Source: Bigelowiella natans CCMP2755 (lineage: Eukaryota; Protista; Cercozoa). From it: a stretch of 64,000 nt of DNA. Under the pieces are notes generated by a model that saw only the letters and a list, made by a program, of their open reading frames with translations, had not been told where the DNA came from and did no database searches. Positions 14,424 to 24,813 of the stretch are shown here, piece by piece. The translations under genes and the position numbers were made by a program. Where the stretch lies: positions 1 to 64,000 of the forward strand of contig ADNK01001071.1 in assembly GCA_000320545.1 (NCBI GenBank), in the 5' to 3' direction. Position 1 is the stretch's first letter, and every line of letters starts with the position of its first letter.

Positions 14424-15039
14424 TGAAAATATCATATTGATTTGGTGGTTCGTCATGTAGGTCGCTGCGGCGGAGTTCCAGCTCGATGTGGTGAAGCTTT
14501 TAGTTGAGAAAGGAGCCGTTTTGAACTCGAAGGTTCTATCAGCGGCTTGCCAGTCAATTGGAAACACCGAGAGTGATTACGACCGGATAGACATTGTTCG
14601 GTAAATATAATATCATGATCGAGAGGGGAGGAGTCGGCGAGAGTTGTATCAAGCACTTTCTCATCTAATTTTTATAAATGAGAGGGGTAACCGCGAACGA
14701 GCATTTATGATCGTCGGCACATAAATGTACATTTCAGGCGCTCCAACATACGTTAAGCGCTCTCTCTAGATGCAGCCATTTAAGAGAGGCCTTTTTGTTA
14801 CCATCTTCGTTCTTTCTCATGCATGTACTGCTTGCTCCAACAGGTATCTTGTCGATGCTAAAGCAGAGGTCACAACACGATGTTTGTGGGAAGTTGCTTC
14901 CATGGAGGATCCTTCGCTGGACGTCGTAGATTTTCTTATGGAGAAATTACAACCAAATGCAGCAGTTCAGATTCTCAAGGATGCTCGCAATGCCTGGAAA
15001 GATGCTGTTGACAACCTTCGATGCAATCTCAATAGTTAG
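13233..15039 (+). CDS. Ankyrin-repeat protein with acidic N-terminal region (5' exons uncertain)
   Basis: AICSGDVVEVARLLESGYEAN, AAAEFQLDVVKLLVEKGA and IVR|YLVDAKAEV ankyrin-like helices joined by GT-AG introns; D/E-rich exon near 13815-14040. Confidence 0.7.
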
Positions 15040-16389
15040 GCCAACGGCTACTATCTTCTATATTCTAGAGGATAGGATGCGTCATTCAATCTTAATGATT
15101 TTTGATACACATATACACTACCGGGGTGTCGAGGTGATGACTTGCCCCCCAGAGCTAGAGCACAAATAACTTGGTTGCTATACTAGTATACTAAGCTTGC
15201 AGTTGCCATTATTGCTAGCCCGCTAGCTTAAATAAGTACAGCAGCATACGTATATGATCCTCGTATCGTATGTCTAGATATCAGGGCGTATTGCACGGCT
15301 CTCAGTCCATGATAATAAGCCATATATAATTGGAGGTATCTAATCTAGCAGTATATAGCACTTTGCACATATCACGCATGCTAGCATGACACATACATAT
15401 ACGCTAGCAAATGCATGTCAGCAGTAACTGTGTATATCTAGCCACTTGGAAATTGTAATATTGTTCGGCTATATCGATCCATATGAGCACACATTGCTAT
15501 GGATCATCATGATGCATCCCTAGATCTTTATTTAGGATGTTCTAGTATATATGTAGGGCAAATGGCGCACATCTAGGCATGCGCGATGCAATGTTTCTCA
15601 TAAGTGTACGCAAAGCTCCTGCTAGCCTGTTTGACAGTAGACATTTATGCAAATTACGTGCACAGCATGCGCTAGTGCGCTATACAGGTATGCCGCTCGA
15701 CATGCTGGCTACAGGCTCGAGAAATTAACTCTCGTGTATCGAAGAGCATTGCTGCATTCATACGAAAAGCTACAACTACATGTTGCATTCGAACTCTGCG
15801 ATGCTATTGCTAACTCAAACATTCATTAAAGCATCGTGGTATGTTCTTTCTAGATCCACAAAACTTTTGGAAAGTTTTTAAGATTGTTAGATAAAAATTT
15901 GAAAATCATTGTAAATCTGCGGTAATATTCCTCGTGTGCCGGGTGAAAGTGTCCACACGACGTTATTCGTGAAGGCAAATGAGGAGATAATTGAGAATGT
16001 GTAGTTGTAAATTGGATGTGGTTTGGAGGAGAGCTAGCATCTCATGAGAGAAGCATAGAGATACGGGGAAGGTAGGGGAAGGGAGCTAGCATATATATGG
16101 GGCAATAATAGAAATTGAAGACCGAATTTTTTGTTGATCGATTAAAATAATAATAAGCTGAGACTGAAACATTGAAAACGGAGAATGAGTATGGTCCAAG
16201 TTTGTAACACCAGCAACTATTTTCAAATTCGGACGTTCTGATTTGGAAGGATGTGTCTGAATCGTGGTCACTAACTAGACATCAAATCTGAGCAGTTGTC
16301 TTTGCCCTCGCCCCACTTCGCTTGCATGTTGATTTTAATTTGTAAGTTAAATGGCACCCGCTATTCTGATTCTAATAATGTAAGATGGG

Positions 16390-19382
16390 TTACAATTGGT
16401 TCGTCGTTATTTTGCTATAATCCCTGTCTTGGGCAAGCAATGCCGACACCTAGTTGCAAGGGGTAGGAGGAGGAAAAGATGAGAGTAGAGCAGAAGGGGG
16501 AAATAGGAAGATTGTAAGCAACAAACGATCCTTATCGTCTTCGGTCGTCATAATCAAGATTGATCAGGATCTCCCCGTTATGATGTGCTAACGCCTACAT
16601 CCTGGCATTCATCCCGCCCCCCCGCCCCCCCGCCCCCCCTAGTTCTTTCCGTTAATACATATATGGTAGTAGGTTAGCGCTTTGATTCTCAGTCTTATTC
16701 TACTACCTGATAAGCAAGCTCAATACTCTGTCCGTAGTTAAGTCTCGGGTCGCATGCGGATTTCCAGTTCTTGGGCAAATCTTCGTCGCAAACCACCATG
16801 TCCCTGGTAGTAGCGCCACCGCCCACGCATTCAGTAACGTCCTCCCCGCACAGCTCTAAATGCATTCCTCCTAGGTGCTGGTCTGAGAAATCATTGACGA
16901 ACAAATTCAGTTTTTACTTGCGTGGCCAGTCACCACTACCAAAGGCCGCACACCCTGCTACTACTCATCATACCGTATTTCTTGAGCAGGGCATGCGTTT
17001 GCTCGATCTCTGAGAAAATTCGATGAAAGTCCCTGGTTTTCTGGCCGTTCTTCGTTTTCCGTGTGTTGCCATGCATGGGATCCACGAACCATACCACATG
17101 CAGGTTCTCCCGCTGAATCGCCTGCAAAAGGACATGAGGACGGTCATGAGAGGCGGGGAATACATGATGTTGCTGGGGATAGGTACGCACTGGAGACGAT
17201 GATGAACGAACATGGCGACAAGAACAACAACAACAACATGCTGTCCATATTCCGAGTAGTGTGTGCATTTATGTCAAACCTTTGCCAGCTTCGATAATCC
17301 GCTGTTGACGTCATCAGCACCAAAGCGGGAGATGAGAACGATCTTTCAGGGAGAGGAATATAAAATGAGATAGCTTTTCCAGACTGTGACGACAGCACTG
17401 CGATTTATAGAGCAGCAGTAGTCGAAGTAATAATGAAAATAGTAGTGTAGTAGTAACAGTAGCACCTTTCCGGGTTGATTGTCTGGGTCGACTCTTTTCA
17501 CTAGCGCGACGGCGGTTTCAGGGTCAATATCTGACCCAACCTGGGCAAATGTGTACAAAAACAATTTAGGTGAATATGCGTATATCACATTATAGTTTAA
17601 AGATTTAAGTGGTGTAACAGCTCCACCATCCCCCCACCCACAAACACAAGCAGCAGATGAACTGACCTTTATACCGACAGGATTGTCAATTCCCCTGAAA
17701 TACTCTGTGTGTGCTCCATCGAGTTGCTTGGTCCGTGTACCAATCCATAAGAAGTGGGCACCAGAGTTGTAGTAGGAGGAGGATGATGATGACGCTGATG
17801 CTGATGATGAAGTCGCTTTGCTGTCCTCGGCCTCCTGCACCCTCTCTGCGGGGACCGGGCGGGTCATGGCCTCCTCAAGGTTTAGGAGAAGCCCCTCGTG
17901 TGATGTGTAAACCTCTCGTTCATGCAGATCATTCACCGCTGCGCTACTAGTTGGATCAGCGCTTTTTCTCCCTTCCCCTTCACCCGGAGAATCATCATCA
18001 TCATTATCATTATCAAAATCTCCACAACGAAGTGCTTGCCGAACTCCTTGCGCAGCGTCAGGGCTGAGGGATGCTGTCTGCCAGTGTTTGATGCTCTGCG
18101 TATACTCAAAGAGGCCATTAGGCGAGCCAAGCCGGCTGCGTAGGTAGTTCATCGTGCATTGAGCACGAAGACAGCCTTCCACCAGACGCTCCGGTTTGGG
18201 CATGCGGGCCGATGGCTCCGCCTCCAAAGCATTCACGTTATCGCCCTACGAAATGGATAGCAATAATAACACCACGTATAAGCTCGTGAATGAAACTAGT
18301 TGACGATGGTTCGATGACGTGCATGGCCTAGCTGCTTGCTCATCTTTGCATAGGCAAGAAGACAATTTTGTGTATATGAACGCATTCACGATGTTTTTGA
18401 CTGAGCTTCTGGAACAACGCCGCCGCACCCAAATATACTATCAGTCACACAGGTACGTGCTATATATGAACTATCCACACCTTAAAAGCCACCATTTTCA
18501 GACCTCCCACCTCCTCGTAGTTTGAGCTCCTTGGCTTGCCGTATTGGCCAGCAGCGCGTCGGATAACAGTTACAGGTAGTTTAGGTCGGTCTTTGTCTTC
18601 AGACAGGATCCTCGGTACACGCTCCAAGAGAAAACGCATTTGTTCAAGTACTTTCACTCGTGATTCGAGACCTTTTGGACAGCAGTCCTTAAATTGCTCG
18701 GCACAATCCCCGGCCTTTCGCATGGAGAATAGAATAATGAGGCTATAGTCAGGAGTAGCAAGATCTGCATGGTTGACCTGGAGGACGAATCGTTTCTTAT
18801 GAAACACTTCTGCGAGACGATGCCTAAGCTGCTTTGTTTCCCAGTGCTGAACTAATGGCGGAAGCGAAGATATCGTCTGTGCGAGAAGGAAATGGCAAAA
18901 GCAATTAATAAGATTGGACAAATGTGATGCGACGATCTCACACTATGCCTTATTACCTGTATGGCCTCTTCTAGGGCTTCAAGATGTTGAGAAGCATAAG
19001 GAGGTTGCTGTTCTGCCTTAAGGTTTTTTCTTCGCCATGAGTCTGGAGTCCAACAATCTTTTGAATCATGATCATCTGCAGGTAGCAATCTCCCGTTGTC
19101 CTTCCTCAAATCTTCCTCCAGGACTAATGTGGCCTTTTTCGGGGATCTAAGAGCGCGTCGAAAACTATTTTTCCCGAAGAGCGGTAGCCTAAATCGAAGC
19201 GGGCTAGTGCCCTGCCTCACACTCGATGTGGTCCTCTTAACCAATACGGTACCCCCCAGAAGTCCTTTTTTATTCCACGAAAGCCATCTTGTCTCCAAAC
19301 TCATCCCCAACAGGACAATCTGGATGAAACATATTGTCAGTATCCAGCTCCTGGCTTGCTGAGTCTGTGAGCGGAGGCCCAT
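16390..19382 (-). CDS. Class II DAHP synthase (3-deoxy-7-phosphoheptulonate synthase), probably plastid-targeted
   Basis: WTPDSWR, QQPPY, LPPLV, Q|AGDCAEQF, RAAGQYGKPRS, YTSHEGLLL..EEAMTR, SGAHFLWIGTRT.QLDGAH, NPVGIK, DPMHGNT, GGMHLELCGEDVTECVGG, CDPRLN. The N-terminus is a hydrophobic segment followed by an Arg/Ser-rich stretch. Last exon (VSALLAQ...NQL*) is inferred. Confidence 0.92.
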
Positions 19383-19982
19383 GGCACTCTTCTCTAAAAA
19401 CGGGGCCTCTGCTCTTTAATGAATCCGGATCCCATCGGCCGCCATTCCTTAACAAATTTATTTTTTCGGATATCGAATGGTGAGAGCTGTTGAGCATATT
19501 TTTGCTACGACAACAAAAATAGAGTGAAATAATTCTCTTTCCAAACTCAGGTCGATTGTGGAAAAATCTTCTTTATTTTCGTACAAATACACATAAACCC
19601 GGAATCTCCGTGAGTGACGGAACGGTCCGTATTTTTTCTTGTCGGATGAATTCTTGTGAGCTGAGGAACAAATCCACAGAAATTACACATTCATTCATCG
19701 ACGCAGTACGAATTTCTCCTGCTTTTTGGTACAGAACTTGCTTCCTTGAACCAAAAGATTGGGAACGAGGTTGTCTATTGCTGGATAAGATGCAGGACAT
19801 ATCTATTTTACGACAACATCTTCGAAGATCGTACAAATAGAAATGCACGTACGTTCTCGAAAGAAAAGAGACACTGTTGAAGTTGTCGCAGGTGGCTGAT
19901 GCTTTTTAGTTCGAAAAGTCTGAAGAATTTATGTCGTCAATAAAGAATCTCATGTATTTGCTAACTTTGTCACAAATAAAAA

Positions 19983-20738
19983 ATGGCTGCTCCCTCCTTT
20001 GCCCCCCTGGTTTCTGTCCTCGTCGTCGCCCTTGTCTTATCCGGTGCCTCAGCAAGGCCAGGGCACAGAGTTGCAACGGGATCCTTGAGATCGCGTTCAA
20101 CCTCTGCTGCTGCGAGGATGATGGGTTCCCCTAGATACTTGCCAAAGTTCCCAAGGGAACGTAGGTCACTCATCGCAAGGGCTGAAGGTTTGGAGCAAAT
20201 CCCCGAGCCTGAGGTATCAACTTATGTTTCCTCGGCGGAATCATCCTACTAGATCATACAATACCTGATGATTTTCTTTTGTGGTTCAGCGACCCGATGA
20301 TGTTACGGGATACACCGCACGTGACTCTGCTGGACAATCAAACATCTTCGGTCGCGAGACGAAGTCTTATGTTGGTAATTTGCTCTACGTGAAGTATTCA
20401 ACTTTATTATGACGCATTGATAATATAAGGTGAATCTGTGAGCGGCAGTGGAATCAGAACTGGAGGATACGTTCTCGCTGCAATGGCTGCTGTAAGTCTA
20501 TTAAAAAAGGGCTTAATTACGTCGTCTGATCCCATCTCTTCATTTACTTTGCTTTCAAGGGTGGAGCTCTTATCTTCCCTAATTTGGACTTTAAGGAAGA
20601 TTTTTCGAAGCCAAGATACAGTGAGGTAGGAAGATCCTAAGATGATGAGTCTAGCGCCCTGACAAGAGTACTTTCATTCAGGTTGTTGAATTCAACAAAC
20701 AGTTTGCCAAAGACCTTGGAATCGAAACCGTAATATAA
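19983..20738 (+). CDS. Small plastid-targeted thylakoid protein with an MPH1/Psb34-like motif
   Basis: Bipartite leader (MAAPSFAPLVSVLVVALVLSGASA + Arg/Ser-rich ...LIARAE); exon TGYTARDSAGQSNIFGRETKSYV; short hydrophobic segment GGYVLAAMAA|GGALIFP; clean GT-AG introns. End is 20640 or 20738 depending on the last intron. Confidence 0.55.
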
Positions 20739-21645
20739 TCTCAATATTGTATTGCCTTTTTCTAATTTTGATATGTATCACTTTTAGTCTGTAGCCCCAG
20801 CTCTCACTGGTACTATGAACGATGCAAACTCAGCCTAATCTGTAAAAGCTGGTGATAGTGATTACAAAGAGAAACATGATTAGAGTTGAAGATGTCAAGC
20901 ATAGTAAAGTACATCATTGTTGACATATACTAGCTTTCAAACTTCAATAGAATAAATATATTCTCTTACATAGAGTAATTGTAATGTTTTTGCATGATGT
21001 CTGATGTGAATATTGAAAGCAACTTTGCATTTTGCTCGACATAGATTCACTGTTCATTGCGACTCTGTGCAACAATTATTGTGTGTATATGTATAGCTAT
21101 ATAAGTAAGTGCACATTGCACGCTACTAGGCTACATCGCAATGCTTTCGCTGCTAACAAATGTGTGCACCTGTGGGCCACACACACTTACACGTAATTGT
21201 GACGATGAATGGCGACAATCACTCACTATCGCCACCATATATACGTGTAGCTGCGGCAACGTCGTCATTCACTTAGCTCAACTATATCTTGATGACGTAC
21301 ATGGTGCACCTAAAGGCATTAGCGTATGGATGTGCGCTTAACCTCATCGTTATTGTGTCTATGTTTAGACCGTTGTTCTTAAATTGTTATTTACACACAT
21401 TGTGATATTTCTTGAATGTGTGCACTAAACACATTTATTGTCACTGTAACAACAGGAAGGCGCTGTAGCTATTCCTCAATCATTATCGATGTACCTTGCA
21501 TTTTATCAACAGCTTGAATTCGAGGGTGGCGAAGTGATATTTGTAAAAATATTTGTAAAATGTCCACATCTGGACAAATTTTAGAAAGTGTTGACGAGAA
21601 GCAAGCACGAAATTCACTGTTTCTTCCATGATGTTATCTACAAAT

Positions 21646-23182
21646 CTATGCCTTAAGTTCAATCGTTGAACTCTTTCCTCCATCTAAAGACTTATCCATT
21701 GTTGCGCCACTTACAGACTGGTCCATGACGACGGAATCTTTACGATGGGAGGTGTCTTCGATATAGATGGTGAAGATTCCTGTGAGGCCGACAGCCACCA
21801 CAATGAAGCCGAGAATCAGATATCCAGTAGCAAAGTTACCAACCGCCAAGAACACGAATCCCCAGATAACCGCGCCGATGTTTCCACCAGCTCCAACGAA
21901 ACCACACACGCCGCCAGTGTTCTTAGGGTCAACATATGGAACAATCCCGAAAGTTGATCCTTCAGCACTTTGCACGAACAGTGAGAAGATGATCATCATG
22001 AAGATGGCAGATCCAAGGTTGGGCATTCGAGAAAAAATGACGAGGAAGATTCCCTCACCGCAGGTGATAATGATGTGCGCGTACTTGCGACCAGTCATGC
22101 CCCATCGCGTGTAGGACCAATCAGAGATCATTCCTCCCCAAGCACGAGCGAAAAGATTCATGAGACCGAAGAGAGATGCAATGAGACCGGCGGTAGTAAT
22201 GCTGAGGTCAAATCTATCAAAGTAGTATAACGCGATAGTGTTGTTGACATGTAATTCCATCCCGAAGCATACAGCGTACTGTAACACCAGTACCCACACA
22301 TTCCAGTTCTTAGCGACATCAACCGCACTGGCTTTCTTCTCCCCACGGGTTGATGAGGTGTCTACTGGTGGAACGTATTTGCCTTGTGGGCAGTCATCAC
22401 CCAAGGTGTAGACGAGAACAGAGATAAACATCAATGCAAACGCAGGTATGAAGAAGGCGTTACGCCATCCGCACTCTGCGTCGCAACTTGGCGATGAAGT
22501 GTTCATTGCGTAGATGCCAACCATAATAGCCTGTGTCAGGCCTCCTCCAAGGTTACCCCACCCACCAGCGATAGCATTCATGGTTCCAGCGATCTCCTTC
22601 TCGAACATCAATGTGCACCAAAATTGACAGCCAACGAAGGTAGCACCGACAATACCGATCAGACCGCGAACAATGCATAAACCAACAACGCCCTGGATAA
22701 GACCTGCGAACCAAGTTGGGATGGCTGCAAACATGAGGAGGAAGGCCTGACCCTTACGAGGACCGATGTGGTCCATAATAGGCCCAACAGCGAATCGAGC
22801 AAAGACTGTGGAGAGGACAGAGGCTATATTACCCCACAGGAGGTCAGACCTCTTCAATCCGAGGGTCTTCTTGACCGCAGGTCCGAGAGGTGCAAACGAA
22901 AACCAAGCAATAAAAGCTGACGGTTAAACATAAACACGCAATCGATCAATAAAACTATTTTTCCACATAGATGTAGATGTTTCCAATCATGATAGCAAAT
23001 TTACCGATGAGAAAGGAAGTCCAAGCAAGATGGAAGGCTCTCATGTGGGGGCGAGCGCAGGATCTTATGTTGTACTCAACAGCCTTAAGAGTGTATGGGT
23101 CGTAGTCAAGGTCGAACTCAAATGGGGGAGTTAGCTTCTTCAAGCCCATCTCCATCTTCCGCTCTTCTTTGGTGGCTGCCAT
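21646..23182 (-). CDS. NRT2: High-affinity nitrate transporter, NRT2/NNP family (MFS); 2 exons, intron about 22919-23003
   Basis: ARPHMRAFHLAW, AFIAWFSFAPL, nitrate signature AGGWGNLGGG, FGLMNLFARAWGG, AEGSTFGIVPYV, VGAGGNIGAV. Confidence 0.95.
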
Positions 23183-24078
23183 CGTTGTGAGGTGTGTTAC
23201 AGGTAAACTCTTTGAACTACGAAGGAAACGTGGGATGGGCTGGTAGCTGTGAGGGCATTGCAGAGAGTGCTCGCAGAAGAGGAGCAGCGAGAGTTTAATT
23301 ACTGCATTTTATCATGTTGCGACAAAGGTTTTACGACAATTTCGGTCATTTTTCACGCCCCTTCGCAACGATTCCAAGCATGCCGCAAACACTTCGTGAA
23401 AAGGCAGATCAATTACACCACTCTTCTCACAGGAACTTCCCGACAGATAGGCTCTCCAAGAATCGCCAGATGTTCTTTCCAAAACCGGCTGCGTTTTCAC
23501 AAAATCGAGCTTGATCGAGAGACTTTCTTCTTCGCGAACCGATGTTTTGCCGGGAAAAACTTCTTTGTTTGCACGCAATGAGAAAATGCAGGGTGTCTGG
23601 AGGAAATTTGAGGCAAAATTCACGCCTTTGTTCTTCTTCTTGAAAGGCACGAAGGACACGCAAAAGATGCGAGCTCGCTTTTCAAGTTTTGCGCTTTTCA
23701 TTGCAACAGCCACAGTTGGACACCTGAACAAAACTTTCAAAACTTTTCCTGTTCGTCGTCGAACCTCTCAACGTGCATGAATGTGGAAAGAAAGAAAGAA
23801 ACGAGTGTGATCCACACAAAGTGAAATGGTCGAGGCGATGCAGCACAGCGTGTTGTCTGTGAATCATTCGTTCGTTCATGCAGTTGAACGACGTCCAATC
23901 GCATCGCAATCAAAGCCAGCCGTCTCGACAGTTTTCAGCCCAGCCAGCCAGCAGGTGCAAGTCCCAGCTAGCCAGCTGTGTTGGCTAGCTGGTGCGTTCG
24001 ATTGCATGGCCTGCAGTCGTTTGAGGTGCGTCCGTGAAGCTGACTTGTGGTCGATCTGCAACAGATCTAGCGATGTGC

Positions 24079-24404
24079 TGTAGCGCGTACCACTACGCGG
24101 GCACAAGTCACGTGCGACAACAAAGGGGTTGTCGCGGATATAGAATATAGATAACGTAGATATTAATACAGCATAGGCACGTGGGTTCCGGCGGGACTCA
24201 TGGCAGCACACCGGAAGTGTGCTGCCCCACGTGCGGCGGCATTCGCGAAAGCTTCGCGAATGATTACGCAGTGCACGATTTAATAAAAATATAATCTTTA
24301 ATAAAAATAAACACAACTCTTCAAAAGGAAGCAAACGTGCCTTTCCCCCCCCCTGCCTACTTGTGCACGTAGCGCCTCGGCCTGTGAACACCTTACGCGC
24401 AACA
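24079..24404 (+). repeat. 5' LTR (326 bp)
   Basis: TGTAGCGCGTA...TACGCGCAACA termini form an 11-bp inverted repeat with one mismatch; matches the 3' LTR. Confidence 0.97.
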
Positions 24405-24409
24405 ACCTT

Positions 24410-24465
24410 TGGCTTCCACGCGGGGAATCGAACCCCGATCTTGGGAGTGAAAATCCCATATCCTA
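24410..24465 (-). tRNA. Reverse-transcribed 3' 56 nt of mature tRNA-Glu(UUC) including CCA; not a complete tRNA gene
   Basis: Minus strand reads TAGGATA TGGGA TTTTCAC TCCCA AGAT CGGGG TTCGATT CCCCG CGTGGAA G CCA: anticodon stem-loop (TTC), T stem-loop, acceptor 3' strand, discriminator and CCA. The 5' ~19 nt are absent. Confidence 0.93.
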
Positions 24466-24774
24466 CGCGGGCACAAGTCACGTGCGACAACAAAGGGGTT
24501 GTCGCGGATATAGAATATAGATAACGTAGATATTAATACAGCATAGGCACGTGGGTTCCGGCGGGACTCATGGCAGCACACCGGAAGTGTGCTGCCCCAC
24601 GTGCGGCGGCATTCGCGAAAGCTTCGCGAATGATTACGCAGTGCACGATTTAATAAAAATATAATCTTTAATAAAAATAAACACAACTCTTCAAAAGGAA
24701 GCAAACGTGCCTTTCCCCCCCCCTGCCTACTTGTGCACGTAGCGCCTCGGCCTGTGAACACCTTACGCGCAACA
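24463..24774 (+). repeat. Second, internal LTR copy lacking the first 14 bp (312 bp)
   Basis: Matches LTR positions 15-326; joined to the tRNA copy through a shared CTA (24463-24465). Confidence 0.95.
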
Positions 24775-24779
24775 ACCTT

Positions 24780-24802
24780 TGGCTTCCACACACGGGAAAC
24801 GA
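24780..24802 (+). promoter_or_regulatory. Native primer-binding site for tRNA-Glu
   Basis: TGGCTTCCAC is a 10-nt perfect complement of the tRNA 3' end, followed by imperfect ACACGGGAAACGA; begins 5 nt (ACCTT) after the LTR end. Confidence 0.9.
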
Positions 24803-24813
24803 TTTGACTAACA

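Noticed and set aside
24410-24465. A functional tRNA-Glu gene, or an element inserted into a tRNA gene
   Set aside because: The 5' acceptor strand and most of the D arm are missing, CCA is present, and the segment lies inside the TSD-bounded element at the PBS position.
24079-24774. Solo LTR next to an independent second insertion
   Set aside because: There is no separate TSD, the second copy lacks its TG terminus, and the single GTGC duplication brackets the whole 24079-30164 unit.
23876-24791. Minus-strand ORFs of 205 and 132 aa (and 119 aa at 29792-30151)
   Set aside because: They are antisense readings of the LTR repeats with no protein-like motifs.
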